From the human T2T-CHM13v2.0 reference genome, Homo sapiens: a stretch of 64,000 nt of DNA. The stretch is taken from NCBI RefSeq assembly GCF_009914755.1, contig NC_060930.1; one strand, written 5' to 3'. Below are positions 18,007 through 41,142 of the stretch, in pieces; the first letter of the stretch is position 1; each line of letters opens with the position of its first letter. Both the position numbers and the translations under genes were made by a program. Below the pieces are notes generated by a model. That model was not told the origin of the DNA. It did not search any database and worked only from the letters and a program-made list of their open reading frames with translations.

Positions 18007-19173
18007 TTAACAACAGGGTTTCTTTAGCCAATCTCCCTAGAACCAGTAGAGAGGGATTCAGTGCCTTTAAATGTAGATTTGCTTTTGGCAACTTCGTCCT
18101 CTTTCTTCTTAACTTTTCTCGCTTTCCTTGTAGTCTCAACTTCTGCTATATCGCTTCTTGACTCTTCAGAAAATGCTGGTGGTAACTGCAGTGTGCCACA
18201 ACCTTTGATTTAATTTTTAAATTTTTTTTTTTTTTTTTTTTTTTAGCAGAGTGTCTCTCTGTCACCCAGGCTGGAGGGCAGTGACACGATCTTGGCTCAC
18301 CGCAACTTCTTCCTCCCAAGCTCAAGAGATTCTCATGCCTCAGCCTCCGGTGTAACTGGGATTACGGGCATGCGCCACCACGCCCAGCTAATTTTTGTAT
18401 TTTTAGTAGATGGGGTTTCACCATGTTGCCCAGGCGGGTCTCTAGTGATCCATTCACCTTGGCCTCCCAAAGTGCTGAGATTACAGGCATGAGCCACCGT
18501 GCCCAGCACAACCTTTGATTTCCAGTGCTCTCCACACATTTATTTTCATGCCTGGTCGTGGGTGGTAGCAGTGGCACCATGGGGTGACTTGGAGACAGCT
18601 TTAGTCTCTCTATGCAGCAAACCATTCCAAATAAACACATTATTTATATAAAAACAGTGCTAGGCAGTCTGGGCACTGTGGCTCATGTCTGTAATTCCAG
18701 CACTTTGGGAGGCAGAGGCAGGCAGATAGCTTGAGCCCAGGAGTTTGAGACTAGCCTGGGCAACATGGCAAGACACTGTCTCTATGGAAAAAAAAGTTTT
18801 TTCTTAGACATAAAAATTAAAGCTGGGAGCAGTGGCTCATGCTTGTACTGTAATCCCAGCACTTTTGGAGGCCAAGGCGGGTGGATCACTTGAGGTCAGG
18901 AGTTCAAGGCCAGCCTGGCCAACATGGTGAAACCCCGTCTCTACTAAAAAAACAAAAATTGGCTGGGCGTGGTGGCACACACTTGTAATCTTAGCTACTC
19001 AGGAGGCTAAGGTGGGAGAATCGCTTGAACCTGGGGGGCAGAGGTTGCAGTGAGCCAAGATATCATGCCACTGCACTCCAGTCTGGGCAACAAAGTAAGA
19101 CTCCGTGTCAAAAAAAAAATATATATAAAAATTAGCCAGGTATGGCGGCAGGCACTTATAATCCCAGCTACTA

Positions 19174-19278
<105 letters not shown>

Positions 19279-21031
19279 TCAAAAATAAATAAATAAATAA
19301 ATTAATTAATTAATTTTTAAAAATGGATCTAGAGTCTTGAGTTTTTACTTTACTGTGTTCCGAAATCTGCTAGTTTTTCTGCTTCCCAGCTTCCAGCGAT
19401 TCTCCTGCCTCAGCCTCCCGAGTAGCTGGGACTACAGGTGCGCACCACCACGCCCAGCTAATTTTTGTATTTTTAGTAGAGAAGGGGTTTTACCATGTTG
19501 GCCAGGATGGTCTTGATCTCATGATCTGCCCGCCTCGGCCTCCCAAAGTGCTGGGATTACAGGTGTGAGCCACTGCGCCCAACCCAAATCTGCTAGTATG
19601 TAAAACAAAGAAAACTTGGACATCTACTAACCTAAAAGAGGATTAATTTGGCTACACCAGCATGAATTACATTGTTTGCCAAATGTGCTGAACTTCTCAA
19701 CTCTGGTCACAAACTAGAAAGTTAAGCAGCCTTCTGTGTTGAGGGGCCAAATCATGGTTTGGCTGTGTGTCAGAAATGGGGTAAAGTCTATGAGGGCTTC
19801 GGTTCCCAAATTGTGGCTCTCAGTCTCCATTTCCAAACTGAAAGGGACATTTCTACCCAGCAGAAAATAAACGGTCATGCATGACTCTTTGCAGGGAGTC
19901 CACCCTACATCCTGCTCATGAATCTCCATGTTCTGTTTTTGGGAGGTGCAGGGTGTTCCTCTGTGGGCCTTTTTGGACAGGCCTTAGTTGAGCCACTTAA
20001 ATTACAGTGCCATTGAGTATGGAGAAAGCTGTAAGCTCTGGACAGCTGTTGCCCCTCACCTCCTGTGGACACCACCCTGTCCTCTCCCTTTAAATTCCAG
20101 AGAAAATAGACTCCTTGGCAGCTTTATTGGAAGTCTGCCAACACCTGTTGTTAAGAACAACAAGAGGGGCCATCTCAGCCACCCCTGGGGGATTCATGGG
20201 TGCCTCCACTGTTCCCAAGCCGCTGCATTAGGGCATATCTTGCAAAATGACACTTGTAACCCACTGCTCTTCACATTACATCCTGCCAAGTGGGCCCTGC
20301 TCCAAGGCCTTAATCTTTCCTTTTGATGAATCCAACATACATTATATTGTGGGCAGAGAGCAAGGAACAAATGGATACCACGTGGAAAGGTTTGGCATCT
20401 CCACTACTGGCCAGGGAATTGACATAACCAGGACTGTAAGAGACATGAGAAATTCTATAATACTAATAACTGGCCGGGCCCGGTGGCTTACGCCTGAATT
20501 CCCCCATTTTGGGAGGCTGAGGCAGGAGAATGGCTTGAACCCAGGAGTTCACGACCAGCCTGGGCAACATAGTGAGACCCCGTCACTACAAAAATAAATA
20601 AATACATAAATACATAAATAAATAAAATTAGCTGGGCATAGTGGAGTGTGCCTGGAGTCCCAGCTGCTCAGGAGGCTGAGGTGGGAGGATCACTTGAGCC
20701 AGGGAGGTCAAGGCTGCAGTTAGCTGTGGTTGTGCCACTGCACTCCAGCCTGTGTGGCAGAGGGAGAGCCTGTCTTAATAACAACAAACAAACAAAAACT
20801 AATAACTCCTATTTATGATTTACAGTGCCAGGCACTGTGCTATACATGCCATGTACATTTTGTCCTTCATTCAATACAACTACTCTCTGTGGTATTATTG
20901 TCTGCATTTGACGAATGAGAATATTTAGGAGATTAAATAAATTACTCAAGTTTACAATAGCTAGTATGGCAGAGTCAAACTTAGGTATGCACTGAACTGG
21001 GTTTTTTGTTTTGTTTTGTTTTGTTTTTTGA

Positions 21032-21924
<893 letters not shown>

Positions 21925-22609
21925 GCCAGACAAGTTGTAGCCAGGACTCAAGTGGATTTCAGTACAGGTCTGTCTTAAGCTGTACCTATAACCACTCTTG
22001 ACTACTCTTTTACACCTAGCATAGGAGAATCAGAAGAGAGTTTCTAATCTAGAACTCTGCCACTTACGTGTGTGGAATCTTAGGTGATTCAATTAACTCT
22101 TCCATGTTGTCCAGGTGGATCTTGAGTATTTTTAGTAGAGACGGGGGGTTCAATTAACTCTTCCAACATAGTGAGACCCCGTCTCTAAAAAAAAAAAGCT
22201 GGGTGTGATGGTGAGCACCTGAGTAAGGAGGCTGAGGTGGGAGAACTGCTTGAGCCAAGGAGGTAAAGGCTGCAGTGAGCCATGATCATACCACTACACT
22301 CCAGCATGGGCAACAGAGCGACACCCTGCCACAAAAAAGTACAGCTATTTATTTTGCAGAATGTCACTCAATTTTTGTTTGGCTAATGTTTCCTCATCCT
22401 TAGGTTCAAATTATGCAGTTATACAGGACTATAGTATCATTTCAGGAGGTATATAAAGCTGGTTTGTTCTAAAATTGATAGTTGGTTTTAATCACTTGAT
22501 TAATGGTGGGGCTACCAGATTGCTCTCTGTAAAGTTATTAATTTCCTCTATATAATTAAAAAGTAATTTGTGGGGATAGTCCTTGAGGCTGTTCCTCATT
22601 ATGATTTAA

Positions 22610-22934
<325 letters not shown>

Positions 22935-22992
22935 TGATTATTTTCTAACTCCATTGTTTTTTCTATATTTAGTAGATGTAAGTCTACCATAA

Positions 22993-23349
<357 letters not shown>

Positions 23350-24662
23350 TGACCTCGTGATCCGCCCACCTCAGCCTCCCAAAAGTGCTGGGATTACAGG
23401 CGTGAGCCACTGCGCCCAGCCTTATTTTTCATTTTTTGAGGCAGGGTTTTCACTCTGCCACCCAGGCTGGAGTGCAGTGACACAATCATGGCTCACTGCA
23501 ATCTTGACCTCTTTGGCTCAAGTCATCCCCCATCTCACCCAGCTCCCAAACTGCCCTGAGTAGCTAGGACTACAGGTATGTGCCACCACACCCAGTCAAC
23601 TTTTTAAAATTTTCGTTCAGAGCAAATCTCGCTATGTTGCCAGAGCTCATCTTGAACTCGTGGGCGCAAGTGATTCTCCTACCTTAGCCTCCCAAAGTGT
23701 TAGGATTATAGGTATGAACCACTGCAGGGACTTGTCTTTTTTTATTTTGTTTATTTATTTATTCATTTTGAGACGGAGTCTTGCTCTGTCACCCAGGCTG
23801 GAGTGCAATGGCGCAATTTTGGCTCACTGCAACCTCTGCCTCCCTGCAACCTCTGCCTCCTGGGTTCAAGCAATTCTCCTGCCTCAGCCTCCAGAGTAGC
23901 TGGGATTACAGGCAACCGCCACCATGCCTGGCTAATTTTTGTATTTTTGTAGAGATGGGGTTTCACCATGTTGGCCAGGCTGGTCACGAACTCCTGACCT
24001 CAGGTGATCTGCCTGCCTCGGCCTCCCAAAGTGCTAGAATTACAGGCATGAGCCACTGCACCCAGCCTTGGATTGTCTTTTATTTTTGATGGCCAGATTG
24101 TCCCAGATTTGGTGAGCAGGAGCCGCTTAAACTGGCTTCTTTGTTCTTTTGATATGTCCCCAACATTCTTTGAGCATTTTCTTACTTTGTAGCATAAGAA
24201 GATATTTCAGGTTCATCTTACACTTTCTCTGCAGCAGTCTGTTCTCCCAGAAGCCCTGGTTCCTTTTGTTGGAGAATGGAATTCAGAAACCAAGATCTGG
24301 GAGCTAGGTATGCTCTGTGGCTGCTTCTGTAGGCTCTGTCAGTGGACAAAGCCAGGAAATTTGTATAAAGCCGAGAGTTCATGTTGATACCTCCAAGTCT
24401 AATCCAACATCACATAGTACTTTCCTTCTCCCCATTTTTGTCACTTCCTTTTCCAACAGTAGGAGCACTGGTTTCCATTACCTTCAGTATGTTTTCTCAT
24501 TTACTCAAGCCTAATCTACCAACTATAGTCAATATTTATTTACAGGGCCTTTTTTCGGGGGCAGATGGACATGAAGTGGAGAAATCTTTTTAGTTTTTTG
24601 GATTATGTTAGGGAAGCAGGAGCATAGGAGAGCCAAAGTGACACCACTTTAAAAACTGACTC

Positions 24663-24716
24663 ACGTTGTGCACATGTACCCTAAAATTTAAAGTATAATA
24701 ATAATAAAATTTAAAA
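24663..24716 (+). mobile_element. Ultra-truncated L1PA (L1PA3-like) 3' end
   Basis: ACGTTGTGCACATGTACCCTAAAATTTAAAGTATAATAAT + A tail; TSD AAAAACTGACTC (24651-24662 / 24717-24728). Confidence 0.9.
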
Positions 24717-24903
24717 AAAAACTGACTCCATCTGCCAGTTATGGTGGCTCACGCCTGTAATCTCAGCATTTTGGGAGGCTGAGGTGGGTGGATCACGAGG
24801 TCAGGAGTTCAAGACCAGCCTGACCAAATGGTGAAACCCTGTCTCTACTGAAAATACAAATTAGCCGGGCGTGGTGGCAGGCGCCTGTAATCCCAGCTAC
24901 TCA

Positions 24904-25032
<129 letters not shown>

Positions 25033-25118
25033 TTATAGGCCTGGCGCGGTGGCTGACACCTGTAATCCAAGCACTTTGGGAGGCCGAGGCAGGCAGATCA
25101 CCTGAGATCAGGAGGTCA

Positions 25119-25376
<258 letters not shown>

Positions 25377-25499
25377 TTAGCACTTTGGGAGGCCAAGGCA
25401 GGAAGATCTCTTGAGCCAGGAGTTCAAGACCAGCTTAGGCAACATGGCAAGGCCCCGTCTTTACAAAAAAAAAAAAAAAAAATTAGCCAGGTGAAGTGG

Positions 25500-26432
<933 letters not shown>

Positions 26433-26701
26433 ATGGCATGTGCCTGTAGTCCTAGCCACTCAGGAGGCTAAGAGGGGAAGACTGCTTGGACCTGGGAGGC
26501 CAAGGCTGCTGTGAGCTGTGATTGCACCACTGCACTCCAGATTGGGTGACAGAGCAAAACCCTGTCCCAAAAAAAGAAAAAAAAGTTTATGCTGGGTGCA
26601 GTGGCTCACGCCTGTAATCCCAGCACTTTGGGAGGCTGAGGTGGGAGGATCAACTGAGGTCAGGAGTTCAAGACCAGCCTGGCCAACATGGTGAAACCTC
26701 A

Positions 26702-26866
<165 letters not shown>

Positions 26867-27334
26867 TCAAAAAAAAAGAATTTAAAACCAGAAGTTCCTC
26901 CTCCTGCTCTCTGAGGGCATTGTATGCTGTAACTCAGTAGTTATCAATAAACCATCTCTTCTAACTGCATTCTGCAACTTACCTTGAACTCTTTCTGTGC
27001 ATGATTCAGACCTCTTGTGGTCTGGACCTGGACTCTTTTTCCAGTAACATTTTATTTTGGTTTGGTTTGGTTATTTTTGAGTCAGGGTCTTGCTCTGTCA
27101 TCCAGGATGGAAAGCAGTGGCATGATCACAGCTTACTGTAGCCTCAACCTCCTGTGCTCAAGTGACCCTCCCTGGTCAGCCTCCTGAGTAGCTGGGACTA
27201 CAGACATGCACTAGCACACCTGGTTAATTTTTAAAACATTTTTTTTTTCGTAGAGACAGGGTCTCACTATGTTGCCTAGGCTGGTCTGGAACTCCTGGGC
27301 TCAAGCCTCCTTCCTCAGCCTCCCAAAATGTTGA

Positions 27335-27640
<306 letters not shown>

Positions 27641-28317
27641 TAATTCTTCTGCCTCAGCCTCCTGAGTAGCTGGGACTACAGGCGCACGCCACCATGCCTG
27701 GCTAATTTTTGTATCTTTTAGTAGAGACGGGGTTTCACCATATTGGCCAGGCTGGTCTCAAACTTCTGACCTCCTGATCTGCCCGCCTCGGCCTCCCAAA
27801 GTGCTGGGATTACAGGCGTGAGCCACTGCGCCCAACCAATTTTTTTTATTTTTTAGTAGAGATGGGGTTCCACCATGTTGGCCAGGCTGGTCTCAAACTC
27901 CCGACCTCAGGTGATCTGCCTGCCTAGGTCGACCAAAGTGCTGGGATTACAGGCGTGAGCCACCAGGCCTGGTCTGCTTGCACAAATCTTAAGTGCACAA
28001 TTTCATCGGTTTTGACAAATGCCTACCTTCATGTAATCCATACTCTTATCAACATACAAGACACTTCCATAATTTTCATTACCTTAGCAATTTCCCTAGT
28101 GTTCATTCCCAGTTGACAGCCCAGACACAGCTAGTGGCCACCATGCCCAGCCCTACTTTTTTTTTTTTTTTAATGAGTCTTGCTCTGTCGCCCAGGCTGG
28201 AGTGCAGTGGTGCAATATCGGCTCACTGCAACCTTTGCCTCCTGGGTTCAAGCAATTCTGCCTCAGCCCCTACTGGTAGCTGGGATTACAGACGCGTGCG
28301 CCACCACGCCCGGCTAA

Positions 28318-28533
<216 letters not shown>

Positions 28534-29430
28534 TAATATTATTTTCAAGTGCTTTTTAAATGGGCTTTTTGGCCTTTTGTATATTTTCTTTTGTGAAGTG
28601 TTCAAGTCTTTTTTTTTTTTTTTTTTTTTTTTTGAGACAGAGTCTTGCTCAGTTGCTCGGTTGCCCAGGCTGGAATGCAGTGGCACAATCGCAGCTCACT
28701 GCAGCCTTAACCTCTGCGGCTCAAACGATCCTCCCATCTGTTTTTATTCTGTAGAGATGGTGTCTCACCATGTTGCCTGGGCTGATCTCAAACTCCTGGG
28801 CTCAAGTAATCCTTCCTCCTTGGCTTCCCTAAATGGTTGGATTACAGGTGTGAGTCACTCTGCCTGGCCTGTTCAAGTTTTTTCCCATTAAAAACTTTTT
28901 ATGTTTTTTTTAATTTATTTCTAAGAGTTTAAAAAATATATTCTGGATCCAACTCCTTTGTGAAATAAATGTTTATGAATATTTTCTCAGTCTATGTCAT
29001 GAGCTGAAGTTTTATTAATAGATTCTGATGAAGTTTAATTTATCCAATTTTCAGATGACTGTTGTTTTCTATGTCCTAAGAAATCTTTGCTTACCCCCAG
29101 ATTACAGGTCCCTAGTACTTCACATTAGTGTCGAATCAAACAAGCACCCACTTCTTTAAACTCAGGGGTTGAGAAGTCCAAATAGACTTCTTTGGTGAGC
29201 AAATGAAGGATTTTAAAGGACATCCAAGAAGGTTAGGAACAAGAGCCTGGAGTTCTTGGGACTTAAATCTAAGGTTGAGTTCACTGCCTCCTTTCCCAAG
29301 CAGAATAATCCTCACGTGTCACTGACACAGCCTAGATTAGAGTCATCAACCAAGCCGAATCACCTGCACTCTGCTGACCCAACAAAGCAGCCCTGCCCCA
29401 TTGCACAATTGCAAGGATTTGGGAAGAGCG

Positions 29431-29539
29431 GGGAGTAAGTACAAGGTTGCTAGTCTGGGAGTGAGTATAAGGTTGCTAGTCTGGGAGTGAGTACAAGGTT
29501 GCCAGTCTGGGAGTGAGTACAAGGTTGCCAGTCTGGGAG
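29431..29539. repeat. 26-bp minisatellite, about 4.2 copies (GGGAGTGAGTACAAGGTTGCCAGTCT)
   Basis: Units start at 29431, 29457, 29483, 29509 (partial at 29535), with 0-2 substitutions each and no spacers. Confidence 0.95.
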
Positions 29540-29566
29540 ACTGCATGTCACTTCTTCCAATGATGA

Positions 29567-30016
<450 letters not shown>

Positions 30017-30070
30017 TAACTTAATTTTTAAAATTCATAGTTTAAACATCAAACTTTTGAAAAAGTATAG

Positions 30071-30385
<315 letters not shown>

Positions 30386-30408
30386 TAGGAGGTTGAGGAG
30401 ATAGGTCA

Positions 30409-30624
<216 letters not shown>

Positions 30625-31464
30625 TCAAAAAAAAAAAAAAAACCCAAAACTTTTTTGTAGAGATGAAGGTCTCCCTATGTTGCCCAAGCTGGTCTCAAAC
30701 TCCTGGGTTCAAGTGATGCTCCCACCTTGGCTTCCCAAAGCTCTGTGATCCTTTGAGATTTGTAATGCATTTATAAAATAATATAAATAGTTAGTATCTC
30801 TCTTATTAATATAAATGGTATCTACTATAAACACTGATCTGCACCTTGCTTTCTTCAATTAATATATCTTTGAGAGTTCTTCATGTCAGTATACACAGAT
30901 ACTTCTCATTGTTTCCTATAGGTGCGTACTATTCTGCTATATGCATGTCCCATAATGTATTTAACCAGGCCCTTGTTGATGGGGATTTAAGTTTACAGAC
31001 TTTTGCTCTCTTTTCCAAAGAGTGCTTCAATGAGTAATCTTGTATACACATCATTTTGCAATCCTGTAACTATAACTGTAGGATAAATTCCTAGAAATGG
31101 AATTGGTGAGTTACCAGGTATATACACAGGGAATTTTCGTAGACACTGTCGAACTGTCTTCAACAGGAACTATTTCAATTTACACATGTATGACGGTTCC
31201 TATTTACCTATAATCATGGCTATTCAAAGTGATATCAATTTTTTGGATTTTTACTAATCCAGTAAGTGATAAATGGTATCTCAGTAATTTTTAATTTAAA
31301 TTCATCTTGTAGTGAGGATGAGTATTTTTTCAGATGTATAAAGGACATTTATATATACATTTCCTTTTCATTTGTATTTTTCTATTGAGTTGATGGTAAT
31401 TTTACTGTTATTTTGTAGGAGCTCTTTATATAATATATCCAACATCTTTTAAAAAGTCAGGCTA

Positions 31465-32341
<877 letters not shown>

Positions 32342-32489
32342 AAATAAATAGGCTGGGATGGTGGCTCATGCCTATAATCCCCAAAATTCAAAAATTAGCT
32401 GGATGTCCAGCCAGGAGTGGTGGCTCACTCCTGTAATCCCAGCACTTTGGGAAGCCAAGGCAGGAGGACTACTTGAGCTCAGGAGTTCA

Positions 32490-32768
<279 letters not shown>

Positions 32769-32799
32769 TTAGGGAGGCTGAGGCAGGACGATTGCTTGA

Positions 32800-33504
<705 letters not shown>

Positions 33505-34394
33505 AAAAAGTCAGGTTTAATGAGGGTATAATTTACATACAATAAGATACACCTGCCAGGTGTGGTGGCTCACTCCTATAATCCTAGCACTTTGGGAGGC
33601 TGAGGCAGGAGGATCACTTGAGGCTAGGAGTTCAAGATCAGCCTGGGCAACATAAAAATCCCATCTTAAAAAAAAAAAGTTAAAAAAAAAGACATAAAAT
33701 ATATACCTTTTAGGGGAGCTATCCCTTTTATGTGGAAGGCGTTCCAGCTGGGGGCTACATGTTGGTGATTTGAAGTCTCTATGTGAAAAAAATGAGCTTC
33801 AGCCATTGCAGCAAAGGAGTTACTTGGGGCAGGTTGCACTTGGGTCTGGACTGTGGCGGTCTCAGGTGTACAGGCAGTGTATTCAATGGAAAGTGGGTAA
33901 GCACTGGACTCTATTTGGGCTCAAATTCTCTTTTTCCCACATATTAACTATGCAATCTTGTTCAGATTATATCATCTCCTTCAGTCTCAGTTTCCTTATC
34001 GGTAAAAAAAGCTTCAAAATCAAATCCCATCAGATAACATAATGAAAGCACATTGCCTAGTGCTGACACAAACTAGGTGCTTAATAAATGTTAGTTTCCC
34101 TTCTCTCCCAGTAAAAGCCAAGCCACTAAAAGATAACATGTCATAGGGCAGCAGAATGGCGTATGTGTGTGGGTGTGTTTGTGTGTTTGTATGTGTCTCA
34201 TTCCCAACCACAACCTCAGGTTCTGCTGGAGTATGAAGCCATATAGAGGCCACTCATGATCCTGTTTCCAGCTTGCCACCCCTAGAATCAGACTGAAAGC
34301 TTCCTGCGCTAATAGAATACTCCCTGACCAAAGATCATATCTATCTAAGAAAAGACATTTCAAGAGTGAGTCATAGGGCCGGCGGGGTGGCTCA

Positions 34395-34700
<306 letters not shown>

Positions 34701-37562
34701 CTACTCAAAACTACCCTGCCAAACCCGTTCTTCTGCCTTAGTGATTAGTGCCTGCCCAGCTTCCGCCTAACACCACAACCTGTTGGTCCAACAGCTTTAG
34801 ATTAATAAAGAGGTTCAACAAAGAACATGTTCCCCAGGCCCTGGGACTTTGGCCTTTTCTATTCTCAGTAGTGAGCCCTTTGTTTACTGTGAGGGAGCCA
34901 GGACAGTAACAGCAGAACTAACGAATAATTATTTCCTTCCCACATAGCCAGGCAAAGATGGGTGGTGTCTGCCACCACCTTGTAGGTGCCAGATGGGCAT
35001 CCTCATCGTAGTCTTAGTGTTGTTCTCATTTGCCCAGGCTAGGTGGAGAAAGCTTTGTCTCCAGATACCCATGGCCTTGGAAAGCAGCAGCTAGGTCACC
35101 TCCCAAGCGATTTCACTTGCAGGGTAGAGTGGGATGAAGATTGCCAGCCACAGTCATCCCAGCCACAGCTATGTTTACACCTACCTGGGAGGCCTGGCGT
35201 GAGCTTTTACAACCCTACATCCAGCTGTTGTTTCCAAATAGAAAGATCCAGTTTTAGCCTTCTGAGTCCACTTCATGGCCACAAGCTCTCAGTTCAAAAT
35301 GAAAAGTTAGCAGGGAAGGCCACAGTGGTATGATCTTTCTCAGTGAGGCATCCATCAACAGATCAACAGCTCTGGAAGTATCACTCAGAGTACAGAAGCA
35401 AGTCTGTCTTTGGAATTCAGCCTCTCCCCTGCACTTCAGGGCCCTGAGGTTTGGCAATGGAACTAAGAATTGTAGATTCTGAAGAGTGCTTAACAGATGG
35501 AGGAGTCAACAGCCAACGATGGCTACAAAGCGAAGCTGATATGATGGAGTAGAAACAAGGTGTAAAAACAAACAAAACAACAAAGTGAAGCTGAAGTATC
35601 TTATTGGGAGAAGAAAAATGCCTCTCCAGTTCCACAGCTCATCCCCTGTGTGACCCTGAAGAGGTTTGGAGGGATTCCTGGATTTGGAATTCAAGAGACC
35701 TAGGTTTTGGGTACTTATTCTTACTGACAGTCCCAACACTATCCACCAATTACTGCATGCTTACCATGCAGTGCTAAGTGCTTTATTATTCGTTTTTTGT
35801 TTGTTTGTTTGTTTTTTGAGACGGAGTCTCGCTCTGTCACCCAGGCTGGAGTGCAGTGGCGCGATCTCGGCTTACTGCAAGCTCCGCCTCCCAGGTTCAC
35901 TCCATTCTCCTGCCTCAGCCTCTTGAGTAGCTGGGACTACAGGCACCCGCCACCACGCCCGGCTAACTTTTTGTATTTTTAGTAGAGATGGGGTTTCACC
36001 GTGTTAGTCAGGATGGTCTCAATCTCTTGACCTCGTGATCCGCCTGTCTTGGCCTCCCAAAGTGCTGGGATTACAGGCATGAGCCACCACACCCTGCCAA
36101 GTGCTTTAAGAGAATGATCTTAATCAGCCCTCACAGCCATGACCCTCTGAAGGAGGTACTATTATCATCTCCATTTTACAGATGAGAAAGCTGAGACACA
36201 AAGAGGTTAAGCAACTTCCCCAAGATCAAAGCAGCAGCTTGTGGTGATACTGGGATTCAAACACAGGCAGACTGGATCTAGAGGCTGTGCTCATGACCAT
36301 TGTGCTACTGCCTTTTGATAAAGTTGTCTTATCATAGTCCTTATCAAAAAAGGCTGCAATTCTTTGTTTAAATGCTTATGTCCCACACTAAACTTGATGA
36401 TGGGCACAGTGTGTTACTCATTTTCCTATTAATGGTGGCCAACAGAGACCTGAACACAAAGAGAATGCTCAGTAAACATTTGTTGAATAACTATTACTTT
36501 TTGTGTTTCAGCATTGTGGAAAGATATAGGAGAGTTGAGGAAGGTGTAGTTTACTATGGAACTAAGGACTCAAGTCTTCTGGTGGTGACAATGGAAATTA
36601 CCACCTTAAACTGGTACCTCCTTTGAGTTAGGCTTTGCAGACTGGGTTAGGCAAGACCAGTGGTTGCAGCTGTACATACCATTTTGGGCCCAGGATGCGT
36701 TTTTATACTTCTTCTTTGACAACAGTACTCCCCCAAGTTTTGGGTATTCCTCCTTCTCTCCCTGAGGTTTAAGTGGGACTGGCAATCACAGTTTTCTACT
36801 CATCCCCAACCAAGGAGGATTCTTGATGTATAAGTGTGCCCATTTAGGTCCTTCCCTGGCTTCTGGCATTATGTGCTAGAAGAATGGAAGTTTGGAGATA
36901 AATGAGGCTGTCCCATCTGTGTGGAGGAAACCAGGCTGCAACGTGGGACAATGAGGCCAGTGTGCAAAGAGAAGCAAACAAGCAGAGATGAGAAAAGGAG
37001 AGAGACCGAGTGACATTATTTCAGGCCCTAGGTCAATCACACCTGAGGATAAATCTACCCTTCAATGTCCCAGCTTGCTGAGCCTCTATATCCTATTTAC
37101 CTAAGCAGGTTTAAGTAGGGTTTTGTCATATGCAACTAGAAAATTTCTTCCAGGCATAAGCCACCACACCCGGCCTACTGGAAGAATTTTTTAGGAAGGG
37201 ATAAAGCTAAGTAACTCAACTGGTTAATTTACATAGACTGTTATATTAAAATAGCAGATATGAGTTGTAATAATTAAAACACTTGGTAGAGGCAAATCAA
37301 TAGACCAATGAAACAGACCAGAAAGCCCAGAGATTAAATAGAATGTAGAGGAGTTTAGCCTATAATAAAATAGGATTTCAAATTGGTAGGAAAAATGATA
37401 GATTTTCAAAAACTGGTGCTAGGATAACTAGGTTGATGTTTGTGAAAAGAAAAATTAGCATAGATCCCTCTTCCACACCTTACTTTAAAATAAGTTCCAG
37501 ATGGATAAAGGATATAAACATGAAAAAAATAAAATAATAAAAGAATCAGAAAAAATGAGCTA

Positions 37563-38253
<691 letters not shown>

Positions 38254-38579
38254 TGAGAGAATTTAAACAAATAATCTTAGAAAGGTGAAGGCCTATCTAC
38301 ATGTGACATAAAACCCAGAAGTCAAAAAAGAAAAGATAAATAAGTTTGACCAACATACAAATTAAAACCTTTTTTTCAGGATAAAAACTACCCAAAATAA
38401 TGCCAAAGACAAATAACAAGTGGAAAAATATCTGCAAATCATATAAGAGGCATGGAGTTAATTTCCTTAATATAGGAAGAGCTCTCTACAAATCAATAAG
38501 AAAAGGATGAGACTAGGGCCAGGCATGGTGGCTCATGCCTGTAATCCCAGCACTTTGGGAGGCCAAGGCAGGCAGATTA

Positions 38580-38909
<330 letters not shown>

Positions 38910-38982
38910 TCAGGCAATCCCAGTACTTTAGGAGGCCAAGGCAGGTGGATCATTTGAGGTCAGGAATTAGGACACCAGCCTA

Positions 38983-39242
<260 letters not shown>

Positions 39243-39591
39243 AGAAAAAAAAAAAAAGGCAATCTACAAAGAAGGATCTGTGAAATATTTTTTTTTTTTT
39301 TTTGGGACAGGGTCTCATTCTGTCGCCTGGGCTGTAGTGCAGTGGCACAATCACGACTGAGTACAGCCTTAGTCTCCTGGGCTTAAGTGATCCTCCCACC
39401 TTAGCCTTCTGAGTAGCTGAAACTACAGGTGTGTGACACCATGCCTGGCTAATATTTGTATTTTTTGTAGAGACAGGGTCTCACCATGTTGCCCAGGCTC
39501 ATTGGACTTTTTAACATATGAAATATATTCACCTTTATTCATATGGAGAAACACAAATTAAAATTATAATACAGCCAGGCACAGTGGCTCA

Positions 39592-40676
<1,085 letters not shown>

Positions 40677-40923
40677 TGAATTAATGATGTACTGCAGCAT
40701 CACTAAATTAGAAAGAGACAGGAAACAATTTAAGCATTCATCAATAAAGGACTGATTAATATATGGAGGTACATCTACACAACGAAATACTATGCATCTG
40801 TAAAATAGAACCAGGAAACATATTTTTGTTTGCATATGGATAATCTTTTTCTGGAAAGATATGTAAGAAACTGGGAACAAGGGGCTGGGTGCGGTGGCTT
40901 ACGCCTGTAATCCCAGCACTTTA

Positions 40924-41142
<219 letters not shown>

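Noticed and set aside
29431-29539. CRISPR-like appearance of the 26-bp repeats
   Set aside because: Units are directly contiguous with no spacers, and the context is a primate genome; it is a minisatellite.
34970-35002. CTCF-like motif in an Alu-free stretch
   Set aside because: Only a partial match to the consensus; not distinguishable from chance without ChIP data.
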